A DNA stretch of 63,741 bases, counting the filler, from Collodictyon triciliatum (Eukaryota): assembly GCA_043381765.1 (NCBI GenBank). It is 4 parts of 4 records of this genome, joined end to end, with 100 filler letters (N's around TTAATTAATTAA, not from the genome) between each part and the next. Parts side by side here need not be neighbours in the genome. Positions count along the whole stretch, not along the records: positions 1 to 20,111 come from JBHJMP010001259.1; positions 20,212 to 40,278 come from JBHJMP010001260.1; 2 more parts are not named here. The stretch is one strand, 5' to 3'. The notes beneath the pieces were generated by a model. It searched no databases. It saw only the letters and a program-made list of their open reading frames with translations, and was not told where the DNA came from. The position numbers and the translations under genes were made by a program. Below, piece by piece: positions 12,595 to 24,900 of the stretch (its first letter is position 1; every line of letters starts with the position of its first letter).

Positions 12595-15500
12595 CTATTG
12601 AAGTACTCGATCTGTGTACCCCTCGCATATTTTCCCATCCGATGTGGCATAGTCTCTGCCGAAAGGGTCCCCACAAACACGCGATATCTCGCAAATAATA
12701 TTGTGCAGCTTGTGGCAATCACCTGATGTAACGCCGAAGGGGCATTCCATCGCAGTCGAAAGAATACCTTGCGAGTCAATCCCGGTCACCAAGTCCTATT
12801 TTGAGCAAATCCAAGAGACATCAATTCTCAGTGCGAGTCAGAGTAACATTGTAAGTTTTCTTTTTTCTGTTTTATTTTATTTTATTTTATTTTATTTTAT
12901 TTTATTTTATTTTATTTTATTTTATTTTATTTTATTTTATTTTATTTTATTTTATTTTATTTTATTTTATTTTCTCTCGTAATGGCTTATTTTGTTTTGG
13001 TTATGGTAGGATTTGGAATAGGGTACAAAATTGTGATTAAAATGACATTCTCTGCATAGATGTTAATTCCAGAATCATCCACTAAGTCGACTGAGCTTAT
13101 TCCGAATCTCATATACGAAAGCTTAATGCCAGGCCCACCAAAGTAAACTGCGATGGTATTTGTCCGTGCAGCTGCTATATGCGCAATACCACCACCAAAA
13201 CTGTGTCCTGTAAGCACAACCTATGCACCAATTATGAATAGTATTTTAAGCAAAATAAAAATAATTCTGATGATGTATTATTTTTATTTGCTGTAGACCT
13301 TATCAAAAGCGTGGTATGTAATCGATTCCAATATGAAATGTGTCAATTTACACTGTATTGTGGATTCGATTTCATGATTTCCTTAACACGGTTGGTAACC
13401 TCTTCATAATACTGTCCGTCTTTTGTGTTCGTCCATTGCATCATGACCTGTGTCGCATAAAGAAATCTTGCCCGAAGCTGATGAAAATATCAACAAAGAT
13501 CTTAGATCAAAAATTATTTTGGATATTATCGAAAGAACTGGCCACTGTATATACCACTATCTAATAATTTGATAAGCGAAGAAAAACCAAACCTCATCTG
13601 GCCACAGGAATATTGTCGGGACAAAAATATTCGCCAATTCGAAAGAGATGCTGTCTACCCATATGGCAGCGCTTTGAATCCAATCCTCCAAGTGATGAGA
13701 ACCTTATCAAAACAGCAATATTAGTGCGGGAAAATCTCGTTTATGATGAAATATTACTGCACGAACCTCTCACTGAAATTATATAAGTTTTTTGGTATAT
13801 TGTATCGATATAAAATTCGCAATAGTATGCTGTATTGTAGCTATCCTCCGTGCATTGAAGTAAATTGACGCGACGATGAAACCATGTATTGGTATACTCA
13901 TTTTTCAGAGCCCAATCATTCTGCAGGTCATTATGGTCTCCTAGATGAGTTATCTAAAAAAAATTAATAATTTACCCTCTTTTTATTTTCGTGTCTCTAT
14001 GTTATTTAAAAAAAAAAATCATGATGAGCCATAAGACCTTAGAAATGTAGGCGTAATCCAATGCTGAGAGTCCTTCGTAGGTATTTGAGCAGAAGGAATA
14101 AGGAATGAACCCCTTATTAATTAGAAAGAAAAATTGTGTCATTTTGAGCGTAATCAAACATAGTATGAGACAATCCCCCGCGAAATAGAAAAAAAAAGTG
14201 AAGCACAGACCGGTTGGACATTTTTTGGAGGGTAATGTCGACCAGTATATATTGCATATCCAGTATCGTACTGATGAAATTATTTTTATAGTTAAAACTT
14301 TGGATCGAATAGAAAAAATGTTAAAAAAAAAGTATGCAGTCTACACATTTTTAACATGCAAGCATGTTATGATCTTGTGGAATAGCTTTTATGGCGCTGT
14401 TTTTTCCTTCATTCGATTCAAAATGAAATAACTTTTATGCTAAATCATTTGATAACCAACCTCGTATCGAACCCAGCCACCCACCCCAAGAACTATCAAG
14501 CAGTACCCAATAGCGATGACGAAATACATGGCTATATTCAAGGATTGCCAGTGAATTTGTTATATCCACCTGTGTATTATAATTGTAAACTCGAAAACAC
14601 TAATAATTACCTAAAGCTGTTCTTAAAACAAAACTTGAGCGATGCTTTCCTTTTTCTTTTGTTCGATCTATTTGATTGGCTGTGGTTTTTTGGCATATCT
14701 TATATTTTATTCCTAGCTCCGTTCTATCCAATCCTTCAATCTCGGAAAGAATCAGTTCCCCATACTTGTCAGTCAAGTTTTCGAATTCATCCTATTTAAA
14801 ATTTAAAGGGGATAAAAAAAAATTGCGTTTGGGGCTTAAAATTTGAAAGATTTTCTTTTACCTCGAACAAGGGTTGGATGTAAGTAATGTTAACCGCCAA
14901 ACCGAAAAACATTGCCATACTTAAAGGCCAGGTACCTGAGATGAGACACGACAGCCACATGGTTATTCCTATGGCTGTTTTGAGGCCGAAGTATGTGTCA
15001 TGTATTAAGGCATGATGATTGTTGGCAAATGATACGAATGTATCAAGAGTTTTTTTGAGTTCTGATACAACTGGATTGCAACAACGATTTTCCCTCTCAT
15101 CTGCAGAGCCAATTTTTTTGCTTCTAACATTATTTGAGACTCTTTTGTAAGACTGAACTCCGAGAACAATCAACTCGGGAATCTTTATTGCACAAAGTGT
15201 GGCCATAAGTCCTTTCAAAACCGATGTCTTTAAATGAATTGTAATCACAACGTAGAAAATAATATGAACCAATTCGATGAACATAGGGATATTGGACCAT
15301 TTAGCAGGACATCTAGAAATATTCGGAAAAATTAACATCGTTGTTTGAAACTATGTCGGGCTGTAGACAACCCCTAAAACCCCTTCCTTATCTTGAATCG
15401 AATAATGAAGAAAAAAATCGTCTTCGATTGGAAAATAGAAAAAAAGCAGGGAATTTGAGAAGAAAATACCTTTCGATAGCATGCTCTTTATCCTTATCTA

Positions 15501-17554
15501 TTTTGATGTTGATTCCCCACGACCAATCGATAACATTTTTAGTGAACGGAACACGTGATATCCAGATGAGGAAGTTAAGAACAGTTTTACACTCTATTTA
15601 ATGAAATCCAAGACAAGCATCACTTATTTTAGAGGGAGAAAGGGTAACTATGGTCAAGCTTTACGAGATTATTTTTTCTTTCTTTTTATTTTTATATTCT
15701 TGTGATAGATAAAAAAAAAGTTACGGCTTTCTTCCTTAATGTCCTTAGGAGAGTCTCTTGTCTTATAGTTTATCCTATAGTGTAACAGATATATTGAAAA
15801 GATCGAAAATTGCTCGGTAATATGTGCGTATCACGTCGTAGTATGTGTTTGATGGGATGCAATTTACACTTGATGTTATATGAGAAAAAATTAATAAAAC
15901 CATCTCCTTGCCGAAAGTGATGCAAAGAATAAACAAAAAATGGGAAAGGAGACCAACTATTGTGTATGATGGCATAGTTAGCACTTTTCAGATTAAAATC
16001 CCCCACTATACATACCACCCAAGAAATCCACAACGGAATAGAAATGCTCAGGACGAAGGAGAACACGAAGAATGTAACGGCTGAGAGACTCAACCCATCT
16101 GGCTCATAAAATTGTTCGATAAACTCTCTAAAATCCTTCGTCAAATAAAAAAATTAATGAACACTGCCCGTTGGGTGTTAAGTTTCGTGTTGGAAATGAA
16201 TACAAGTAGTAAAATTATATCAAAAGATGGATAACGGAATCTAGGAACCTTTTGCTCCTTGGAATCTGAACATCTTTTTGCCAGAATTTGGAATAGGGCA
16301 ATTAAGAGATACAGGACCAACTGTACGGTTTCGGTTGAGATAGAGATAAATCTCAATATTTCATATTTACAATCCAACAAAAAAAATTAAATATTATTCA
16401 CATTTATCAAGATTTCGAAGATAATACTCACGTAGGGAATCAATCCTAGGATCATGGACAAACGCACTACAGATATTGGTAGAATAACGGATAATCCAAA
16501 CGCACACAGCCCAAACTTCGTTTCATGTCTTATTGTTTCAAGGTTACCTAGAATGTTTTCTATCATAATAAAAAGAATCCTTAGGCAGCATGTATTTAAA
16601 GAATTAAAAGCACTGATTACAAAGGCCAATGTGATATTTCCCACCGAATAATTGAATGGTGAAGCGAAACCCAACAGCAATATCCTTAAGAAACATCAGA
16701 GATTCATGCAGGAGAATGGACAACACAAAGGCAAAAATCTGACAAGCTGACAGGGTGCAAATGATGATGCAGAAGGATAACCATCTGGTGGCATGAATAA
16801 AGGATTGATATTGAATTTTAGGCGCGCGAAAGAAAAAATAGAATGTACTCATTTGTCGAGCTCCCAGACAAATCCTTGATGTCCTGAAATCCCAGCTGAT
16901 AGACAACTGTCAACGGAATCTACAGCAAAAGTGTCAAAATCAACATCCTTGAAAGACTGTTTAACTGAAATATAGAAGAAGAAAAAAGCAGGCACCCTGA
17001 GTGTGTAAAAAGAAAGTTTGTAACATGAACTATTAGAAGAATTTGGGATAAGCAACCTTGATTGTGAAAAGAAGCACGAAAAAAATCGTCATAGAAAAGG
17101 CCACAGCACAAAGAAATCTTGCTAACAGTATCAAAACGGTAGGTCCGTCCCCATTTGCAGTAATCATCACTTCACAGAGGTTTATATCGTTAAAAAAAAA
17201 AAACAATTTTTGTCTCTACCTAACAACACAAAAAAGTATATGTGCTAGGTATTTCAAAATGTATGAATATATAATCCTACTTCCGTCCATACTAGCTTCG
17301 CCCTCAATATTTGGGATTGCTGGTCCGGGGCCATCTGTTGGCGGTGTGGCTAACGTTTCTGCTTCATTCTTGATTGAGAGGGATATTGTGGGGTGGCACA
17401 GGAAATCAAAAGCCTTCTTAATAAATCCAGATGCTGCCTCCACAATTGATCCAACAACATCCTGGCTGTGTTCTTGGGCGTCATTGGTGTTGGGTCTGTC
17501 TCCTGCCTGGTGCTCATTTTCCAAAAGCTTCATATCCACGTTCTTGTGCGCCAT
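12595..17554 (-). CDS. Class-3 lipase with multi-pass transmembrane N-terminal region
   Basis: Nucleophile elbow VLTGHSFGGGIAHIAA (~13170-13220), oxyanion-region IISVRG, GLSALDYAYIS, and C-terminal DLVTGID...CHKLHNIICEISRVCGDP. Several hydrophobic exons lie between 14.8 and 17.2 kb. Not all middle exons were traced. Confidence 0.75.
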
Positions 17555-18528
17555 GGTCGCTACGTCTGCCGTATTGTGAAAGGGTGATTATATTTTGGGA
17601 AGAAGGTTACGCTCCTCTGCATCTTTGCTACTTTCTCTGCTTCAAATTAAGGAAAGTATCGAGTGTGGTTGTCTCTGGAATAAAGCGCGAGTGGTTACCA
17701 GCTCATCTGTTCTATGATTCACCTTAACGGTCTTGGACGCCCCCGCAGTCGCTCCTGTCAAACCCACGCATCAATCCCAACTCACCCCGCGTCCCGAAAC
17801 GGCCTACTCACAAAATTTAAAAAAGGTAACGCGGTCTTCATTCATCTTTTTGTGGAAGATAAAAATATTTCCTTCAAAGTCGCTATAATATCGATATCTA
17901 GTCAATATTTCGCTTGTATATTGTCATAGAATCAATATCATTACATTAATATGAGTAATTGGGATATAGGAATACATCGCGCCTTAACAATTTACTTTTG
18001 ATGCAGCTATGCTCCAAAGCCTTCGATGTTCGTATGCAAAAGAGAAGATGAAGATACCAAAAGAGGTTTTTCGGTCTGCTCCGTCAAAATAGGGTCTAAA
18101 CCAGGCGGCAACAAGTGCCACGGACACAAGTTGGAAATGTTCCTTTCGTTACTTTTAAACCTCCTCTGGGCGATTTTATTTTGCAGATGCGGCTGCTTTC
18201 GCAATAATCTCGCTCCATTATTTATATTACTATTTGCAGGTGCGTTGTAGTCATAGACGAAGATAACTCTCATACTTATTTTCTGGAGATGGGTTACTTG
18301 GATGTATTGTAACTGAGCTGCGTTATCGGCTTGATAAAAAAAATCAAGAAATAGTTCTGAAGGTGAGTTGAGAAGGTACTACTGGACTTGGATTTTTCCT
18401 TTATTTTTTCTTCTTTTTTTTTTTTGCTCTAAAATTATTAATCTTGCGGGTTTGGAAACTTTTATCATTCACTTTCAGTCGATAATTAGCCCAAGTATTT
18501 TTCTTTGATTTTTTTATATAAAAAAACT

Positions 18529-20440
18529 TCATTTTGAGAAAATATTCCGATATATTTGTTTTTGTGCCTTTTCATACTCCGCCTCTTGAGCCGGGAGTTG
18601 TCTCAGTGCCTGCGCGATAGATTTATCGTCTGGAGAATGCTTTTGTGCAGTTTGAAAATCCAATTTTGCCATTTCGAACTCATATCTGCCAACATGGGCC
18701 TGACCACGACGGAAAATAGCCTTCACGTTGGATGGGTCTTCTTTGAGCACCTTTTGGTTTCATCAGAAAATGTTAAACAATCCAATACTATGCTGCATCA
18801 AGAAACGCCTTTATCAAAAACACCAACATCTCATAAAAATTAATAGCAAACAGTAAATATGCGTAGAAAATACGAAAGGAAAATTTTGGTTGGTTTGATT
18901 CATGAATTAAAGATATTTAAATTTAAACCCTCAGATAACTTAAGTTATTGGAATATCAACCAATTTTTTTTTTCATCGAAGTAATTTTGCTGTTACCAGT
19001 TCGCAATATTTCACAGCTTCTGCATAATCTTTGAGCTTCAAATATCCAGCAGACAGGTTCAAATTCAATGATAGTTTCATATCACCAGCTTTGGCCTCTT
19101 GCTCGGAATCGGCGTCTTCCAATTTACTCAAAATTTCTAGAGCCTGGATAGAGTTGTTGAATCATATCAGTAAAGGCAGACTTTGATATATTACGGAGAG
19201 CATTTACCAAGGATTAGTAATGACAATCAGTCATATATATTTATGGGTGGAACCATTCGGAATGGATAGAAAAATTGAAAAAATCACCTTTGTGTATCGT
19301 TCCACAGCTTTTGAGTAATCGCCAGCCCGATGAAGCGTATTTCCTTCCTCTCTTAACTCTGACGCTGTGTCCATCTTTTCCTCGAGAGTCATGTCAATTG
19401 TATGTTTCTAATGTGGTTTTAATATATGTGAATTTATGGGTGTCATGTATCCAAGTTTCGTTTCATTTTTCGGTGTTGTATTATCTGTGAATTTGGTGGC
19501 TTGTCTTTAAACTGCCATGTATGTACTACCACAAACCAGCTTTCTTTCAAAATCGATGAGTTCTATTTCAAATGAAAGCGACTCATTTGGAGGCACTTTT
19601 GGGGGGCTTCCTGCTGATTGATATCCATATTCTGGACTGCACCTCACAATACAGCGCTCACCCTCTTTCATGGATGCAATAGCATAATCCACGGCGGGAA
19701 CCACGTATCCTTTGGTAATTCATGGATGAATATATGGCAATGACATATTTTATATTTTCAGTTGCTAGTATTAGCCTATAAGACAAAATACAAACTATGT
19801 CCAAGCTCAAACTTGAGCGGCTCTTTCCTTTCGACACTAGAATCAAATATGCTCTCATCGCTCAACCGAGCGATGTAATTGACTGTTTCATACATTTATG
19901 TTAATTATTATAATTTTGTTTGCAGAATTGGTTTTTAACAAAAGAAAAAAAGATGGCTATTGAAGAGAAATGCATACAATTTTTTTGTTTTTTGTTTTTT
20001 TCTTTTTTTTCTTTTTTTCTTTTTTCTTTTTTTCTTTTTTTCTTTTTTTTCTTTTTTTTTCTTTTTTTTCTTTTTTTTCTTTTTTTTCTTTTTTTTCTTT
20101 TTTTTCTTTTTNNNNNNNNNNNNNNNNNNNNNNNNNNNNNNNNNNNNNNNNNNNNTTAATTAATTAANNNNNNNNNNNNNNNNNNNNNNNNNNNNNNNNN
20201 NNNNNNNNNNNTACATACATACATACATACATACATACATACATACATACATACATACATACATACATACATACATACATACATACATACATACATACAT
20301 ACATACATACATAAACCCCACGGGCTGTAAAAGTCATGTCCTGGTATGAGATTTGAGCTTACCTCCCAGACGAAGACAATGAATATGGCGAGAATGAAGG
20401 ATGCCCATATATTAGAGAGCAGAAACAAGTCAGAGTCCAT
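18529..20440 (-). CDS. FKBP-type PPIase with C-terminal TPR domain (immunophilin); one internal exon probably lies in the gap
   Basis: FKBP domain VNYIARLSDESIFDSS...SMKEGERCIVRCSPEYGY...PPKVPPNESLSFEIELIDF; TPRs ASELREEGN...YSKAVERYTK and DPSNVKAIFRRGQAHV. A putative first exon at 20363-20440 (MDSDLFLL...VFVWE|gtaagc) is linked only by inference across the gap. Confidence 0.85.
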
Positions 20441-20870
20441 CGCAGTGTCCTTTGGGCCCTCAACTTCCTACTCGGACAGTGCAAGGGCTTAAAAAGAAAG
20501 TAGAAAATAAACATATGATCAGCACTATGTTAATAATCAACCCCTTTCTCTCTCTGTCTCTCTTTTTTCCTGCTTGACAAACAGTTCGATCCTCGTAGAG
20601 TTCGAGGTTAACACCAGCATATTTGGGAATAATAATAAAGTTAAAAATAGGCGTTTCTTAGATCCTGCATGTGTAATGGCAGTCTAGGAAGCAGGGGCAT
20701 TTAACCAACCCTTTTGACTTAGCTCTTTTCTGCTTTGTCTGGTTTTACGATCTGCCCTTTTATTTCCCCTTCACTCTTGAGTGTAGAAGAGAAAGGAAAC
20801 TTTATCTCAGAAACCACTCACGGGTTTCGGGTCTCTCGTTCTGTAGGAAACAGTTTGGGCCAGAGCATGA

Positions 20871-21070
20871 AAAGAAAAAGAAAAAAGAAAAAAGAAAAAA
20901 GAAAAAAGAAAAAAGAAAAAAGAAAAAAGAAAAAAGAAAAAAGAAAAAAGAAAAAAGGAAAAAAGAAAAAAGAAAAAAGAAAAAAGAAAAAAGAAAAAAG
21001 AAAAAAAGAAAAAAGAAAAAAGAAAAAAAGAAAAAAGAAAAAAGTAAAAAGTAAAAAGTAAAAAGAAAAA
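20871..21070. repeat. (GAAAAAA)n simple repeat
   Basis: Visible directly. Confidence 0.9.
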
Positions 21071-21940
21071 GTGATCGCGTTGGCGCCCCTAGGCCCGTCG
21101 TTTTGATCAAGTTTGTTTGTGTGCCATTCATAAAGTCCCCTTGATCGGGCTTCCTTCAGCGTAGAATGACAGTGACAGCGCGTGGTACGCCACGGCCTTC
21201 TTTCAACACCAAAACCATGAGCAGAATGCCCGCTTCTCATCCGCCAAAGACAACTGCGCATCATTCCACCGGGTTGGCTTTGGTGCGTTTTCATTATGGA
21301 ATTATTTTGTTCGTTCAACCCACAAAGAGCAAAAAGAAAGAAAGGANNNNNNNNNNNNNNNNNNNNNNNNNNNNNNNNNNNNNNNNNNNNNNNNNNNNNN
21401 NNNNNNNNNNNNNNNNNNNNNNNNNNNNNNNNNNNNNNNNNNNNNNNNNNNNNNNNNNNNNNNNNNNNNNNNNNNNNNNNNNNNNNNNNNNNNNNNNNNN
21501 NNNNNNNNNNNNNNNNNNNNNNNNNNNNNNNNNNNNNNNNNNNNNNNNNNNNNNNNNNNNNNNNNNNNNNNNNNNNNNNNNNNNNNNNNNNNNNNNNNNN
21601 NNNNNNNNNNNNNNNNNNNNNNNNNNNNNNNNNNNNNNNNNNNNNNNNNNNNNNNNNNNNNNNNNNNNNNNNNNNNNNNNNNNNNNNNNNNNNNNNNNNN
21701 NNNNNNNNNNNNNNNNNNNNNNNNNNNNNNNNNNNNNNNNNNNNNNNNNNNNNNNNNNNNNNNNNNNNNNNNNNNNNNNNNNNNNNNNNNNNNNNNNNNN
21801 NNNNNNNNNNNNNNNNNNNNNNNNNNNNNNNNNNNNNNNNNNNNNNNNNNNNNNNNNNNNNNNNNNNNNNNNNNNNNNNNNNNNNNNNNNNNNNNNNNNN
21901 NNNNNNNNNNNNNNNNNNNNNNNNNNNNNNNNNNNNNNNN

Positions 21941-24900
21941 GCGGGCGAAGAGGACGCGCGATTCTGGCCCACCGGCGTGTTGAACGACAGCCCGAGCTGC
22001 TGCAGCGCGCGGTCGAAGTTGCGGATGGACTCGTGGTAGGCGCTCAGGTCGTCTCCTTCGTCCGCGTCGGCAGAGATCTGCTCCAGGCTCACGGCGCCCT
22101 CCGGCGAGAATGGATGCGCGTGCGGCGATGGATGCGCGTGTGGATCTGCAGCGTGGGCGATGGGGTGCAGCCGCGGGCTGTGGCGGATGAGCGGGATGGG
22201 GCCCAGTCGGATGCCAACTCGTGGACTCTCGTCCGGAGTGCGCTTCTCCACAGCGGGTTTCCCTGTCGGCAGAGCCCGCGTGCTTTGCAGGAGGAGCCCT
22301 GTGTTTGTATGCGCATGCGCGTGTGTGTGTGCGTGGACGGCGAGTGGGAGCGGAAGGGACTTGGCCGGTGACATTCGGGGGCGCGTTGTGTCTGCGGGCT
22401 TGGCGGGCTCATTGTCCTGCTGTGGGTGTATGTTGCTTGTTTGGTTAATCTAGTTCATCGTTTCTTTTTTCTTTTTTCTTTTTCTTTTTCTTTTCTTTTT
22501 CTTTTTCTTTTTTCTTTTTTTCTCATTTATTTAATATTTATTTCGTTTTTTCCTTTTTCTTTTTTAATTTTATTTATGTGTTTATTCCGTTTCTTTTCTT
22601 TTTTCCAGTAATATGATTAACCTTTCTGGGGCTGATTTTTCGGCCGAGGTCTGGTAACGACCGGGCGAGCGTGGTATTTGAGTCGAGGGTTTTCTTCGGC
22701 GAGGATTGTTTGTGCTCTGTGTTGTCTCGTAGGCCATTTTTTTTTTTAAAAAAAAAAAAAAGGGGGACGGGGAAGAGAGGGGGGTAGGAATAATAAAATA
22801 AAAAAAAAAAGAATAAAAAGAAATTAAGTCCAATATTAAGTTATGTATTATGTGGTTATTTCACTTTTTTTTTATTTCCTTTTATTTGTGAACTATGTTT
22901 TCCATTCTATTTAAAGGAATAATAATAATAATAAAAGGGAATGAAAAGAAAAATAAAAGGAATACGTTACGGTGAATAATTCTATTTGGAGGTTCTACCT
23001 TGTTCGGTATCAGCGGAAGGAGCTTTTTCGATTCCCTTGTTCAACGAGTTAATCAAGGGTGTTATGGCATTCAGCTTAAACTGGTTTTGGTTTTGCCCAT
23101 CGATATCAGATATCTGATGCTTTGGCTGTTTGGGTGGAATAAGACACATTCATTTGTTAAAGACTAACCTCTCCTGAGCAACACAAATTGAAAGAAAGGA
23201 CAAGATATTATGTTTTCTTTAATAAAAAAAAAATAGTAGCGATGAGAGGTAAGGTGTTGATACCTCTTTCTGTTCTGGTTTTGTATATTTGTGAAGTTGC
23301 GCTTCACTTTTATAGATTGTCACAGTCTCGATATCAAGATTTCCAGAACCATTCGGATTCGTGTATTCAACCTCGATTTTTTCGTTGCTGGATTGCTTGA
23401 CTGTATTCTATCATTTAATTTGTGATTATGATTCGTCTTCATGTTCTGGCTAATTCCTTTCAAAAAAAAATAGAGGAAAAAACAAGATAAAATTTAAAAA
23501 ACAAACAAAACAATATATTGAATAAAACGTAACATAGTATGGGATAAAAGAGAAAAAATAAAATAACCTTTCTTGTTTTTGAATGTTCGTTGGGCTTTGA
23601 TGAAGATTATGAGACCAAAGAATCTCGTTACAATTTTTCACAGATTTTCTCTCCTTTTTTTTTTAGGTGTATTGTTTCATAATTCATCAAGTCAAGCAAG
23701 TAATCAAAACGAAACATAATCATACATTCTTCCGCTCAAGACCCGGCTTGCTGCGGTCCCGAATATTTAAATGCATTTCTGAATTTCTACAAGCAATGAA
23801 AAATGATTACATATATTCTCCATATTTGTTATTTGTATGGTAAAAAAGTATGCCGCTCTGAGATTAAAAGGTAATCTGGTAATTTTATCTCGGCAATATG
23901 CGAGAATAAGGTGTCCTCTAAAATCCAAATAAACAATAAGCTGACAGAAAAGGCTAATATTAAACAGACATATATATTTGAAAACCTTCTTGACTTTTCT
24001 CTTGGAACTAATCCAGGTCTTGGAGAGACCAAATGACGAGGTCTGTCGTCATGGCTTTTCGCAAGATTCCTGTATGAGAGAGGGATTTCTAAGACAAGTT
24101 GAAATAACAGGACCACACGCATCATATTTTCTTCAATGGGCAAGTGCACAAAATTTACTAATACCAGTAAATAGGGTTCTTATCCAATTTATTAGTCGGG
24201 CAGTGATTTTATTTCATTAAATAAATTGGGGGCGGGGAACAAAGTAAAACTTAAAGATACCTCGGTGTCCTCATTGGCATATTCTCGTGAGCATCCTCTT
24301 CCGAAAGAGAGCTATTTTTTTAAGAATAAAAAACACAGGTCAGCTTTGATACGTAGGTATATACAACTATAAATTCAGGTGAATATTATAATGTGATTAT
24401 TTTGGGTTGTTTAAATTCGGAGTGCAGTATTTTCGAAAATATTAAAAACATAAAGGAAGGAAGGAAGGAAGGAAGGAAGGAAGGAAGGAAGGAAAACCAC
24501 GATGTCATGCCACAGGCATTCTTTTGGTACTCGTATGTTAATGAAAGCTTGTTAAGGGCCAAATTAGGTTGGATTTTATGATAGTTAACCTTCTACGGCC
24601 AGTGCTTTTCAGTGACTTTGGTGGGTCCTCGCTCGACTTGCTGGAATTATGATCAGCTGTAGCAATTTCATTAAAGCAATTACTTTTTGAAAAATGACAA
24701 TCTTCCAATGACATCTTTCATTTATCACCTTTCAATTCATGGAACTTGTTTAATAGGTGAATTCTTTCTGTTTTGTGCTCCAGTTTGAAGCGATTGAATC
24801 ATATTGCGCATGTTGTTGGATAGATATTGTCAGGACTCTCAGCCATCCATACCTGTTGGCGCTGTTGTCGCTGCTTGCTGCTTCGTATTTGGTTGATTTT

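Noticed and set aside
20156-20167. Palindromic TTAATTAATTAA embedded in N runs (also at 40323 and 60525)
   Set aside because: Assembly spacer with stop codons in all six frames; not biological.
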